DNA of 29,446 nt from an uncultured archaeon (GTDB lineage Archaea > Asgardarchaeota > Jordiarchaeia > Jordiarchaeales > Jordiarchaeaceae). The DNA is taken from positions 1-29,446 of the forward strand of contig CAZECW010000177.1 of NCBI GenBank assembly GCA_964510585.1, in the 5' to 3' direction. Shown here piece by piece: positions 16,762 to 29,242 of the stretch. Numbering within the stretch: position 1 is the stretch's first letter; every line of letters begins with the position of its first letter. The notes below the pieces were generated by a model. The model was not told the DNA's origin. It worked only from the letters and a program-made list of their open reading frames with translations, and made no database searches. Made by a program: the position numbers and the translations under genes.

Positions 16762-17475
16762 TTAGGCCCCCATACTAATTGCTTCCTTCAAGTCTATGCT
16801 TCCTTCAAATAAAGCTTTACCTATAACCACTCCACTAACGCCAATCTTTTTAAGATTCAGAATATCATCAAGGCTTCGAACACCACCCGAAGCTACCACC
16901 TTAATCTTCACGGATTTAACCAGCTTCTGCATAGTTTTTAAATCAACTCCCTCAAAAGTTCCATCTCGCATAATAGAAGTGGATAGTATCCAACCCGCTC
17001 CTAATGTCTCCATTTTTACTGCAGTTTGGAACAGGTTGTCCCGTGTAACCTTTTTCCAGCCCTCAACAGCAATTTTTTCTCCTTTGTAGTCCAAAGAAAC
17101 CATTACATGCTTTGAACCTATTCTTTCAGCAAGTTCACTAACAATTTTGGGATTTTTAATGGCTTCGGAACCTAAAATTATTCTTTCCGCGCCCTGCGAA
17201 TAAAGGTTTAGTGCCTTTTCTATGTTTCTTATTCCTCCGCCTACCTGCACCTTTGCGGAGAGGGTTTTAATTAGGCGGATTATAATATTAAGGTTGTCCC
17301 CACGGCCTAGGGCCGCGTCCAGGTCTACTATATGGATTGCTTCTGCCCCCTCTCTCTCCCATCTTAGAGCTGCATCTATGGGATTTTCATAGTACACCTT
17401 TGCGGTTTCTGGGGCGCCCTTAGTTAGTCGAACGCATCTTCCCCCCAGAATGTCCACTGAAGGTATGACTAACAT
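16762..17475 (-). CDS. hisA: ProFAR isomerase
   Basis: [55 protein letters not shown]. Confidence 0.96.
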   Translation of the reverse strand: MLVIPSVDILGGRCVRLTKGAPETAKVYYENPIDAALRWEREGAEAIHIVDLDAALGRGDNLNIIIRLIKTLSAKVQVGGGIRNIEKALNLYSQGAERIILGSEAIKNPKIVSELAERIGSKHVMVSLDYKGEKIAVEGWKKVTRDNLFQTAVKMETLGAGWILSTSIMRDGTFEGVDLKTMQKLVKSVKIKVVASGGVRSLDDILNLKKIGVSGVVIGKALFEGSIDLKEAISMGA

Positions 17476-17477
17476 TT

Positions 17478-18086
17478 TTACTCCTCACACAGTTTAACAA
17501 AGTTTTTAAGCAGTATGATTCCCACTTCTCCCGATTTTTCTGGGTGAAACTGTGTTGCGTAAACATTTCCGTACTGGATTATTGAGGGGAACTTAACTCC
17601 ATAATCAGTCCAAGCCACAGTCACCTTTGAATCTTCTGGTATGGCATAGTAGGAGTGAACAAAATAGACATATGAATTATTAGGTATACCTTCTATGAGA
17701 GGTGAGTCTTTTTTCTCCAGGAGTAGTGTGTTCCAGCCTATATGTGGAATTTTGACGCTGGGTGGAAGTTTGACTACTCTTCCCTTAACTATGTCCAGCC
17801 CCTTGTATGATCCGTCTTCGGTGCTCTCGCTGAATAATAATTGCATTCCAAGACATATTCCCAGTAGGGGTTTGTCCTCCTTAACGTATTTAAGAATAAA
17901 ATTGGTAAGAGGTTTCAAGTTTTTTATTGCGTCTCGAAATGCTCCCACTCCGGGAAGGGCTAAGGCGTCGGAGTTGGCTAACTCCTTTTCCCTACTAGAT
18001 ATGATGCAGTCAGCTCCTACCATATGCAAAGCGTTTTCCAAACTCCTCAAGTTTCCCATTCCATAGTCAATGATGCCGATTAGCAT
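17478..18086 (-). CDS. hisH: Imidazole glycerol phosphate synthase glutamine amidotransferase subunit
   Basis: IDYGMGNL, LPGVGAF, LGICLGMQLL, PHIGWN, YFVHSY, QFHPEKS. Confidence 0.97.
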   Translation of the reverse strand: MLIGIIDYGMGNLRSLENALHMVGADCIISSREKELANSDALALPGVGAFRDAIKNLKPLTNFILKYVKEDKPLLGICLGMQLLFSESTEDGSYKGLDIVKGRVVKLPPSVKIPHIGWNTLLLEKKDSPLIEGIPNNSYVYFVHSYYAIPEDSKVTVAWTDYGVKFPSIIQYGNVYATQFHPEKSGEVGIILLKNFVKLCEE

Positions 18087-18661
18087 TAGAGGGTCCCCTT
18101 TGCACTTGGTACTTCTTCTCTTCTGGGGTCTATACTAACGGCTTGTCTTAGGGATAGGGCCAAAGCTTTGAACACTGCCTCCACCTTGTGGTGATTATTG
18201 TTCCCGTATAATACTTTTACGTGTAGATTCATATTAGCGGATTGTGCGAGTGAAAATAGAAAGTGTTCAATATCCTCGGCTTCTACATCTTCGATGGTAA
18301 CTTCTTTTAGATTTAGGTCTAGGTTCACGTAGCTTCTTCCACCAAGATCTATTGCGACTAGCACCAGAGAGTCGTCCATTGGGGTAATTGCCCATCCGAA
18401 TCGGAAGATTGCCTTCTTTTTCCCCAGAGCCCTATTTAGAGCTTCTCCCATAGTTAGGGCGACGTCCTCGATTATGTGGTGGCTTAGGTCTCCTTGTGCC
18501 GTTATGCTAAAGTCTATGAGGGAGTGTTTTGAAAGTGTTTGTAGTTGATGGTCGAGGAATTTTATGCCTGTTTGTATGTTTCCTTTTCCGGTTCCATCAA
18601 GATTTACTTCAACTTCCACTCTGGTTTCCAGAGTCTCTCTTTTCACCTTAGCGGTTCTCAT
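18086..18661 (-). CDS. hisB: Imidazoleglycerol-phosphate dehydratase (monofunctional)
   Basis: RETLETRV, TGIKFLDHQL, HHIIEDVA, PMDDSL, NNHHKVEAVFKA, PSAKGTL. Confidence 0.97.
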   Translation of the reverse strand: MRTAKVKRETLETRVEVEVNLDGTGKGNIQTGIKFLDHQLQTLSKHSLIDFSITAQGDLSHHIIEDVALTMGEALNRALGKKKAIFRFGWAITPMDDSLVLVAIDLGGRSYVNLDLNLKEVTIEDVEAEDIEHFLFSLAQSANMNLHVKVLYGNNNHHKVEAVFKALALSLRQAVSIDPRREEVPSAKGTL

Positions 18662-19895
18662 TTTTCATCATCTCCAAGTTAGTAAAGAGAGGTGATAAAT
18701 CATTTGGGGAGGGTAATATAATGTCGGCATCCAGTGAAATGAATTTTTTAAATAGTGATTCCCTATTGGCTGCTGCGCACAAGACTCCTATGCTTAAAAC
18801 GGAGTATGTGCCTTGTTCCTGTGCTTTTTTTGCTGCTATTATGTCGGAAACAGTGTCTCCAACATAGCCAAATATCCTTTTTGGAGGTTTTATCCTGTCT
18901 GCCACCGTTAATAGTGAGTATGGGTTGGGTTTTTCTAAACTTACTTCTATGCCTTTGCTTCGAAGATTTTTTTCAGCCAAAGTTATGTCCTCAAGGAAAA
19001 CAGAGGAATCCAGATCAAAATAGTTTTCATAATTTTTAAGTCTTTGAAGTATGGGGAGTGTTTGGCTGCGCTGGCGGCTGGATGCAATGCCGAATCTAGA
19101 GAAGCCCAGTTTCGAAATCAAGGTTTTAAGAACCTGCTCTTCTAGTATGAGTTTTTCGTTCTCTATAAGGCCGGTTCCCTTATAGAATATGGGGTTGGTT
19201 CCATAGACATTCTTGAATACTTCGCTTCCCGAATATATTTCCTCAAAGTATCTCTTAATTATATTGAGGTCGTAGATTGTTCCTTGATAAAGGCACAAAT
19301 TCTCTAAAATTTTTGACGCTTGATCAAAAGTTATCCCTAGGCTTTCAGCTAGCTTATTTTTTGCGTTTTCTTCAGCTGAGGGTAAACCACTCTCATCCAG
19401 CGAATCCACATAGTTCTTAAGACTCCAGTCGCCAAAGCGGCTGGAAGCTAGCCTCATGGAGTCGAAGCCAGCCGATTTACAAAGGTTTCCAAACTCTTCC
19501 AGTTTGCGCAACTTGGACTCTAGGTTCCTGTTCCCCTCCACTAATGCTAAGAGTTTCTTCTTGTGGTTTTTAATGTTTATTAGAAGGAGAGTTATGAAGT
19601 ATAGGATGACACCATAGGTTAGATGCCAATCATTGTTAAAGCCTCCCGAGTTTTTAAAGAGGCTGATTTCCTCAGAGGTGATAAAATCACCCGTAATAGG
19701 GCCCAGCTTCAGGATTTCTGTGAAGTACCATTTTGTAGTTTTGATTATCGCCGTTATGAAGGAGTCTGAGACATCTATAAGAACCCCGTCACAGTCAAAT
19801 ATCAGACATCTTAACTGTTCCAAGAAATCGGCTGAGGATTTTTTCACGTATCCTTTGTCGCCAGTGGGCAATTGGAGTTCGAAATAGTTTTTCAT
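18648..19895 (-). CDS. Large-cap HAD hydrolase (TIGR01548-like), candidate histidinol-phosphate phosphatase
   Basis: FDCDGVLIDVSDSF motif I, GGFNNDW, ASSR motif II, EKPNP, GDTVSDI motif IV. It overlaps both hisC and hisB. Confidence 0.75.
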   Translation of the reverse strand: MKNYFELQLPTGDKGYVKKSSADFLEQLRCLIFDCDGVLIDVSDSFITAIIKTTKWYFTEILKLGPITGDFITSEEISLFKNSGGFNNDWHLTYGVILYFITLLLINIKNHKKKLLALVEGNRNLESKLRKLEEFGNLCKSAGFDSMRLASSRFGDWSLKNYVDSLDESGLPSAEENAKNKLAESLGITFDQASKILENLCLYQGTIYDLNIIKRYFEEIYSGSEVFKNVYGTNPIFYKGTGLIENEKLILEEQVLKTLISKLGFSRFGIASSRQRSQTLPILQRLKNYENYFDLDSSVFLEDITLAEKNLRSKGIEVSLEKPNPYSLLTVADRIKPPKRIFGYVGDTVSDIIAAKKAQEQGTYSVLSIGVLCAAANRESLFKKFISLDADIILPSPNDLSPLFTNLEMMKNENR

Positions 19896-21007
19896 GGCTC
19901 CTCACTGAATGCTTCTTTAATAGAGTCTAGTAGCCTTTGATTTATTTTTCTTGGCCCTAATGTTATTCTCAGACAATTGCTAAGTAGTGGAAGATCGCTC
20001 CGATCCCTAACCAGAATTCCTTTACTTAAAAGTTTGTTCTGTAAGGATTTGGCAGTATATTGCGGTTTGACAACCCTCAAAAGCAAGAAATTAGCCTGCG
20101 AAGGATAGGCTTTCAAGTTTTCATTCTTATTTAACTGGTTGTAGAGAAATTCACGTTCCTCCTTTACTTCCAATATTTTTTTGTATAGATAGTCCCAAGA
20201 GTCAATTAGCACGGTCACCATTTTCTGGGCCAGTTTATTAACATTGTAGGGAACCACGGTTTTTCTCATGATGTCTGCTAGTTCAGAATTGGTGGCGGCG
20301 AATCCTATTCTTAGCCCAGCTATTCCAAACGATTTAGAAAAGGATCTCAGAACTATCAGGTTCTCGTAGTCATTAATCCATTTAAGCAGTGTGTAATCTG
20401 CGAAGTCAGCGTAGGCCTCGTCGACTGCCACAATACAGCCACTCTCCTCTATGATACGTTTAATGTCTTCTTTGGGGTATTGGTTTCCTGTGGGATTGTT
20501 TGGGGAACAGAGAAATATGATTCTTGTCTTGGGTGTTACGGATTTAAGCACAGCCTCCACGTTGGGTGAGAAGTCCTCGTTTAGAAGGACTGTCTTGGGT
20601 TTTCCATTCAGCAGTAATGTGAAGAAGCGATATATGCCGAAGGTGGGTTCTAGTATAATGGTTTCGTTTCCCGGCTCGATGAAGACTTTGGTTAGAATGT
20701 CTAAAACTTCGTCTGAACCGTTACCCAAAACGATTTCAGAGCTTTCTAATGCGAAATGTTCTGCTATCGCCTCTCTGGTTTCAACTGTTTCTGGGTCGGG
20801 ATATGATCGAAAGTCCAGTGTGGAGATCGCCTCTCTAGTTTTTTCCAGTATCCACTCCTTTTCTATGAACAGGTTTTCGTTGGCGTGGAGTGGTAGTATG
20901 TCTTCTTTGGAAACACCGAGTTGCTTTGCCAACTCTTCGGGAGAGATCTCTCCCTGATATGGTTTAAAGCCCAATACTATTTGGCGTATGAGCCTTTCAT
21001 TTTTCAA
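19892..21007 (-). CDS. hisC: Histidinol-phosphate aminotransferase
   Basis: LHANEN, YPDP, GNGSDE, PTFGIY, CSPNNPTG, VDEAY, RSFSKSFGIAGLRIG. The start is set at TTG 21007 (GAGGT RBS, overlaps the hisD stop). Confidence 0.95.
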   Translation of the reverse strand: MKNERLIRQIVLGFKPYQGEISPEELAKQLGVSKEDILPLHANENLFIEKEWILEKTREAISTLDFRSYPDPETVETREAIAEHFALESSEIVLGNGSDEVLDILTKVFIEPGNETIILEPTFGIYRFFTLLLNGKPKTVLLNEDFSPNVEAVLKSVTPKTRIIFLCSPNNPTGNQYPKEDIKRIIEESGCIVAVDEAYADFADYTLLKWINDYENLIVLRSFSKSFGIAGLRIGFAATNSELADIMRKTVVPYNVNKLAQKMVTVLIDSWDYLYKKILEVKEEREFLYNQLNKNENLKAYPSQANFLLLRVVKPQYTAKSLQNKLLSKGILVRDRSDLPLLSNCLRITLGPRKINQRLLDSIKEAFSEEP

Positions 21008-22289
21008 TCTTAAACCTCGCTTTAATCGATTCTGCGTGAGCGTATAAGCCCTCAAATTCAGCCAGAGTAACCACAGTTTCGGCCAATCCCTTAAGGCCGG
21101 CATGAGAGCATTCAATAACACTGATGGTCTTCACAAAGTTATATGAGGACAGCCCCGAGTAAGCCTTAGCATATCCCCCCGTGGGTAGAACATGGTTTGA
21201 GCCCGCGGAGTAATCACCCACTGCTACTGGAGAGTAAGGCCCCAGAAATATTGCTCCTGCATTTTTAACTTTTTTTAAAAGAGATTTGGGAGATTTAGCA
21301 TGAATTTCCAAGTGTTCAGGAGCATAATCATTTGAAAATTCCACAGCTTCATCCAAATCCCGTGTAACAAGTATCCAAAGGTTTTCCAAGGATTCCCAAA
21401 GTATTTCCTTACGTGGGAGAAGCTCCAAGAATTTATTTATGGAACTCTCAACCTTGTGAGCTAATACCTCTGAAGTGGTGAGAAGTACCACTTTGGCTTG
21501 GGGGTCGTGTTCTGCCTGTGAGAGTATATCCACCGCTATAAAGTTAGGGTCTCCAGTGTCATCAGATATTATGAGTAGTTCACTGGGTCCCGCGGGGAGG
21601 TCCACCCTAACGTTTCTGCTGACCAAAAATTTTGCTGCCGTTACGTAAATGTTGCCAGGTCCAAATATTGCCTCAACTTTTGGAATCACCTCAGTTCCAT
21701 AAGCCATTGCGGCTATTGCTTGGGCTCCTCCAACTTTGTAGATCTCTGTAACACCCGCCTCACCACATGCCACAAGAATTGCGGAGTTAATGGTTCCATC
21801 CTCCTGCGGTGGGGTGCAAACAATTACTTGTTCCACATCCACCAACTTGGCGGGAACTACGGTCATTAAAACTGTCGATGGATAGGCCGCCCTACCTCCA
21901 GGTACATAAATCCCCACCCTTTCTAAAGGTCTAATTATTTGAGAAACATTGACTCCAGATTGAGTCCTGCAGGAAAATTCATTTATCTGTTTTTCATGAA
22001 ACTTTCGAATATTAACCACAGATCTGTTAATGGCTTTAAGCAGTTTTTCAGGCACATTTTTATAGGCGGAGTTAATTTCTTCCTCCGAAACTCTGAGCTT
22101 ATCTTTAGAGATAAAAACCTTGTCAAATTTCAATGTATAATCAATTATGGCTTCGTCCCTTCTTCGCCTCACATCATCCACAATGCTTTGCACTACTGGA
22201 AGTACTTCCTCCAACTCCAAATTATAACGAGATACTAAAGCTTGCCTTTCCCCGTCAGTCAGTGAACTCAAATATCTAATTTTTACCAT
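20997..22289 (-). CDS. hisD: Histidinol dehydrogenase
   Basis: GIYVPGG, YPSTVLM, GGAQAIAAMAYG, GPGNIYV, PAGPSE, SQAEHD, YAPEHLE, GSNHVLPT. The start is set at ATG 22289. Confidence 0.97.
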   Translation of the reverse strand: MVKIRYLSSLTDGERQALVSRYNLELEEVLPVVQSIVDDVRRRRDEAIIDYTLKFDKVFISKDKLRVSEEEINSAYKNVPEKLLKAINRSVVNIRKFHEKQINEFSCRTQSGVNVSQIIRPLERVGIYVPGGRAAYPSTVLMTVVPAKLVDVEQVIVCTPPQEDGTINSAILVACGEAGVTEIYKVGGAQAIAAMAYGTEVIPKVEAIFGPGNIYVTAAKFLVSRNVRVDLPAGPSELLIISDDTGDPNFIAVDILSQAEHDPQAKVVLLTTSEVLAHKVESSINKFLELLPRKEILWESLENLWILVTRDLDEAVEFSNDYAPEHLEIHAKSPKSLLKKVKNAGAIFLGPYSPVAVGDYSAGSNHVLPTGGYAKAYSGLSSYNFVKTISVIECSHAGLKGLAETVVTLAEFEGLYAHAESIKARFKIEK

Positions 22290-22396
22290 TCCACACACTC
22301 CAAAATTCAATCTTTCCAAATCAAAAACCCGGGATTCCAAGCAGGTAACTCAGACCAAGTCGCATTCAACCAAATATTTGTTCAATTTTTGGCGAA

Positions 22397-23698
22397 TTAT
22401 TTCTCTTCTTGTAGGTAACTAATTATATTTTCAATTTTTACTTTTTCTTGGATCTCCTTCTCCATATTTCTGACCACTACTTCTCCCTGTTCGAATTCCT
22501 TTTTGCCCACTATGACTACGTATGGTATTCCCATCTTATTTGCCCGTTCTAGTCCTTTACTCAGCTTCCTTTCCAAGATATCCATTTCTGTGGACAATCC
22601 ATTCTCTCTCAAGCTCTTTGAAATTTTTATTGCCTCTCCCTTCAGTTCCTTATCTATATAGAGTACGAGTATCTGTGGCTTCTTTTTTAGTGGAAAGTTA
22701 AATCCCTGCCTTTCCAGAGCTAGGTGGCAGCGGTCTACACCGATGGCGAATCCAGTTGCGGGGAATGACCCCCCGCCGAACTGTGCTACCAAATCATCAT
22801 AGCGTCCACCGCCCCCCACCGCTATTCCTAAGCTTTGAACGAATCCCTCAAAAACCGCACCCGTGTAATAATCAATTCCCCGCACTATACCCAAATCTAC
22901 CATAATATATGAATCCAAATCGTATAGCTTCAAAATTTTAACAATATCAGATATATTTTGTATACAGGCCTTCACCTCTTCGTTTTCAACCCTATCAAGA
23001 ATCTTTTTTGTCACTCCGACATCCCCCCTGAGGTTTGGAAGCATCCTAAAAACATCCTTCATGGTGGAGCTCACATCAACCTCTTTAAGTGCTGTCTCCA
23101 AACCCTCTTCGTCCTTCTTATCTATAGATCTTCGAATGGCAGCCGCCTCCTCCAGAGAAAGGCCCGCCTCTCTAACTATAGATTTAAAGAGTCCCACATG
23201 ACCCAATTCCACCACAAGCCCCTTCAGTCCGATTCCATTTAGAGTGGTGATAAATACGGCAATCACCTCCGCGTCGGCATCTGGTAAACTGCTTCCATAA
23301 AGCTCAATACCCGCATGCCAAAACTCCCTCTGGCGCCCAGACTGAGGCTCCTCATAACGGAACATAGGAGCCAAATAATACATTCGCATTGGAATAGGGT
23401 GATTTCTAAGCTGAGTGGCTACTACACGGGCGATGGGACTGGTCATTTCCGCCCTCAAAGCTAACTGGCGTCCACCCTTATCCTTGAAACGAAACATGCT
23501 CTCCTGTAGTTCTTGACCGGTGCCTGTAGCGAGCGAATCAAAGTATTCAAAGGTGGGTGTTCGAATCTCTTTAAAGCCCCAAAGCTCAAAATTTGTACGC
23601 ATTTTATTCTCAATATAACTTCTTTTTTCCATATAATCGAAGTAGTAATCCTGAGTTCCTTTAGGAGTTTTAAGCTTAAAAGAAAGGTTCTTACTCAC
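22397..23698 (-). CDS. hisS: Histidyl-tRNA synthetase
   Basis: PKGTQD, TPTFE, LRAEMT, motif 2 FRYEEPQSGRQREFWHAGIE, histidine loop VRGIDYYTG, GGGRYD, GFAIGVDR, and a complete C-terminal anticodon-binding domain. Confidence 0.9.
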   Translation of the reverse strand: MSKNLSFKLKTPKGTQDYYFDYMEKRSYIENKMRTNFELWGFKEIRTPTFEYFDSLATGTGQELQESMFRFKDKGGRQLALRAEMTSPIARVVATQLRNHPIPMRMYYLAPMFRYEEPQSGRQREFWHAGIELYGSSLPDADAEVIAVFITTLNGIGLKGLVVELGHVGLFKSIVREAGLSLEEAAAIRRSIDKKDEEGLETALKEVDVSSTMKDVFRMLPNLRGDVGVTKKILDRVENEEVKACIQNISDIVKILKLYDLDSYIMVDLGIVRGIDYYTGAVFEGFVQSLGIAVGGGGRYDDLVAQFGGGSFPATGFAIGVDRCHLALERQGFNFPLKKKPQILVLYIDKELKGEAIKISKSLRENGLSTEMDILERKLSKGLERANKMGIPYVVIVGKKEFEQGEVVVRNMEKEIQEKVKIENIISYLQEEK

Positions 23699-23721
23699 CT
23701 TTTAAACCTCCAAAAGACGCA

Positions 23722-23729
23722 TTATATAA
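23722..23729 (-). promoter_or_regulatory. TATA box upstream of hisS
   Basis: TTATATAA on the minus strand about 24 nt upstream of the GTG start, with GGAGGT in between. Confidence 0.5.
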
Positions 23730-24492
23730 GCGGCTGGAAGTACTAAAAACAAACGCCAAAAATTGAAGACTCTTAAGCAGTGTGGAAACAGTCAGCTCCA
23801 GCCACCATACTGCACCTCAAACCAGAATGTATTTCTGAGACATTAACTGTAATACGTCCAACAATAAAAGCGTTGGCTTCTGCAGTTTTCCTAAAGCATT
23901 GGATGATATAAACTTTCTGGTACATTTTTGGCGCTGCCAAACCAGCGCCACTCATCGTAGGCGGGTACGTGACATGTAAAAACGTCTTGGTTTAAACTTA
24001 AAATTTGTCGTACAACACAAGGAGGAAATTCCTCTTAGTAAGGCGAAGAATGTGACAAAAATTTACGAATCAACACAATCCCCACAGTGGAAGACAAAGG
24101 AACTCGCTCATATTGTGGATGCAAATTTAACAAGTCCACACATTCTTTGAACAGTACTTGTTGCTGCTTATCGGTATGTAGGTTCAAGGTGCATCTAAAA
24201 AGATTCAATTTTCTTTTATTGTAGCTATCTACAAATGCACAACCTAACTCCCCAGTAGGTCTAGGATTTAGAAAAAAGGGAGCCCGTAACACCCACTCCA
24301 CTAGTCAACAAATAAGAATACACACTGCAAACCAAAAAACACCTATCAGGTAGTTAAACTGTTAATATACTGTCAAAAAGTGATTTAAAATTAGAAAAGT
24401 TATAAAAATTCAGATTTAGTAAAAAGAGTTTGAATATCAGCATAAAAATCCATAGTATCATTTATATTTATATATAGGAGTTCTATAAACCT

Positions 24493-24858
24493 ATGGAAGA
24501 ATACACCCGGCTCGCGGAATTTTACGGCATAAAATTCAGTGAAAGATTCAAAGAAGTATACAGCAGAGCTAAAGATCCCAAATTAAGAAGAAGATTAGAG
24601 GACTTCCACAAAGACTTTGAACATGGCATCAGAGTGAAATTCCCAACACTAATCTACATAATCAACTATTTACTGGACCATAACAGTTGCGACAAATTCG
24701 AAATGCGAGACTGGGTCGCAGGCAAAATGATAGAAGAAATAGATTTCGTAACAGAAACCTCACTCGGCCTGATTAAAAGCTACACCACCACCATAAACGC
24801 CCTCAAAAGGTACAAGATAATCAAAATTAGAGGAAAAGAGGTCAAACTCCTAGTCTAA
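24493..24858 (+). CDS. Hypothetical protein, possible C-terminal winged helix
   Basis: 121 aa with consistent A/C-ending codons. The helix-helix-helix-hairpin pattern IINYLLDH...EMRDWV...YTTTINALKRYKIIKIRGKEVKLL suggests a wHTH. Confidence 0.6.
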   Translation: MEEYTRLAEFYGIKFSERFKEVYSRAKDPKLRRRLEDFHKDFEHGIRVKFPTLIYIINYLLDHNSCDKFEMRDWVAGKMIEEIDFVTETSLGLIKSYTTTINALKRYKIIKIRGKEVKLLV

Positions 24859-25029
24859 GGCCCAAAATCCCCACAAACATTCAGCAAGCAAAAGCAAACC
24901 GAACTAACAATCAACATTAAAGGAAAAAACGTTATCAAACCAAAGCGTGTCAACAATCTCCAGTAAGGTGTCGAAATTTTTGGGGTAAAAGTCCAGATTT
25001 GTGGAGGGGGTTAAACGTTGACCCTTTTT

Positions 25030-25569
<540 letters not shown>

Positions 25570-25780
25570 CTACAATAAACAAAGGGATAGACGCATATTT
25601 AAAATTATTCAAAAACGCAACCCCCACAGCAAAACAACTTATTTATCAATAACAACTCCCTAAAAAAATAGAAAACAACCAATTACTCACAAAAACAAGT
25701 TAAAACTAAAAGAAACAACAAACCGAAAGCACAAAAACCAAACAAGACCCAAAAACAATCCAAAAAGCTAAAAGTTTAAA

Positions 25781-26386
25781 TTGCCCAAAGTCAAAAAGAG
25801 TCCCTCAATACCACTTAACACGGTGAAAAAAATGATAAAAGAAATAATCGCAAAACATGAATTCATAGAACTAGGAAAAAAACTAGAACTATGGGGCACA
25901 CTCCTAGTATGCCTAGGAGTCATAAGCATCTCCACGGGAATACTGGCCAGAATAATCTTCAAGCCCCTCCCCCCACTCTTCCACGACTATCTAAGAGTAT
26001 TCCTAACAATCGGCTTCACCCTAACCGTCCTAGGAATAATAATAACATACTACACACTAAAATGGATAAAAAACAACTACAAAAAAACCGAAAAAGAACT
26101 CAAAAAAGCCAAAGAAAACCAAAAAACAGAACTCAAAAAAACACTCAACGAATACATAGAACACTATGGAAACCAACTACTAAAAGGCGCGATATCCTTC
26201 GCCAGCACTGCAGCAATAACATTCGCCTACGCCTGGATAGCAGTCCACAACCTATTCAGACAATACAGCGATTACGACGTATTCCTATCACTAATAATCG
26301 TAACAGCTTGCCTCGCAACAACCGCAGTCCTAATAGCATACGGCCAATACTGGAGAAACAGAGCCCAAAAACAAAACATAACATAA
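25781..26386 (+). CDS. Hypothetical 4-TM membrane protein with a central Lys/Glu-rich cytoplasmic helix
   Basis: Two hydrophobic hairpins separated by KNNYKKTEKELKKAKENQKTELKKTLNEY. It is convergent with cdc48. Confidence 0.7.
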   Translation: MPKVKKSPSIPLNTVKKMIKEIIAKHEFIELGKKLELWGTLLVCLGVISISTGILARIIFKPLPPLFHDYLRVFLTIGFTLTVLGIIITYYTLKWIKNNYKKTEKELKKAKENQKTELKKTLNEYIEHYGNQLLKGAISFASTAAITFAYAWIAVHNLFRQYSDYDVFLSLIIVTACLATTAVLIAYGQYWRNRAQKQNIT

Positions 26387-26471
26387 AAAAGCAAAACCAT
26401 TTCCTATCCCGGGCCTAAAATTTAAAAGCAGATAATAGATTAAAAAAGGAATAAAAGAGAAGGAAGCTACC

Positions 26472-28715
<2,244 letters not shown>

Positions 28716-28739
28716 TCAAAAATCCTCCTCGTGTTATCT

Positions 28740-29150
28740 TTATTCTTTATTTGTTTCCTTCATTGTGGTTTGCAGGCGTTTTAGGAGTCCGAATTCTTCA
28801 TCCATGAAGGTTAGTAGGTTGGATATGGATTGTGTGAAGTGTACTAGCATTTCTTGGAATAGCCTGTCGCCTGAATCGGTTAAGAAGTATATGTATCTCT
28901 CGGGTCCTCGTTCTCCTTGGGGGTGGTAGGGCTCGCTTTTTATCCATCCTTCTTCTTGTAGGCGTTTTAGGAGGGGGTATATGGTTCCTGGTTTGAGTTC
29001 TATTTTTCCGTCGCTGATTTGATATGTTCTTTTTGAGATTTCTGCTCCGTGCATTGATTCGGTTTTTATTAGTGCTAGTACGATTAGTTCTAGTATTCCC
29101 CGGTTCATTTCTCTTATCCAGCATTGCAGTTTTCTTTCGAATTCGTCCAT
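28740..29150 (-). CDS. PadR-family transcriptional regulator, upstream of and probably co-transcribed with cdc48
   Basis: RGILELIVLALI, MHGAEI, GTIYPLLKRLQEEGWI, RYIYFLTDSG. The gap to cdc48 is 27 bp. Confidence 0.92.
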   Translation of the reverse strand: MDEFERKLQCWIREMNRGILELIVLALIKTESMHGAEISKRTYQISDGKIELKPGTIYPLLKRLQEEGWIKSEPYHPQGERGPERYIYFLTDSGDRLFQEMLVHFTQSISNLLTFMDEEFGLLKRLQTTMKETNKE

Positions 29151-29203
29151 TTTTTTGAGCCTGCCTTGATTTTTGTTTGTTTGGATTGGGATATCAGCTA
29201 TTG

Positions 29204-29226
29204 AATATATTGCACGACAATATATT
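29204..29226. promoter_or_regulatory. Candidate PadR operator (9-5-9 inverted repeat)
   Basis: AATATATTG-cacga-CAATATATT lies between the TATA box and the padR start and covers the expected start site. Confidence 0.6.
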
Positions 29227-29234
29227 GAGTGACT

Positions 29235-29242
29235 ATATATAA
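29235..29242 (-). promoter_or_regulatory. TATA box of padR-cdc48
   Basis: The minus strand reads CACAAAAC-TTATATAT (A-rich BRE plus TATA). Confidence 0.55.

Noticed and set aside
21008-21121. 38-residue N-terminal extension of HisC in the ORF track
   Set aside because: It overlaps hisD out of frame. The RBS and homology support TTG at 21007.
22397-23698. Calling this gene hisZ
   Set aside because: It retains the anticodon-binding domain, intact motif 2 and the RGIDYYTG loop of true HisRS.
23773-24301. ORFs 23773-23955 and 24035-24301, the 8-bp hairpin at 23929-23950, and a GTGGAAAC ORB-like word near 23786
   Set aside because: No motifs, RBS or codon style support the ORFs. A single hairpin and a partial ORB word are not enough to call an RNA or an origin.
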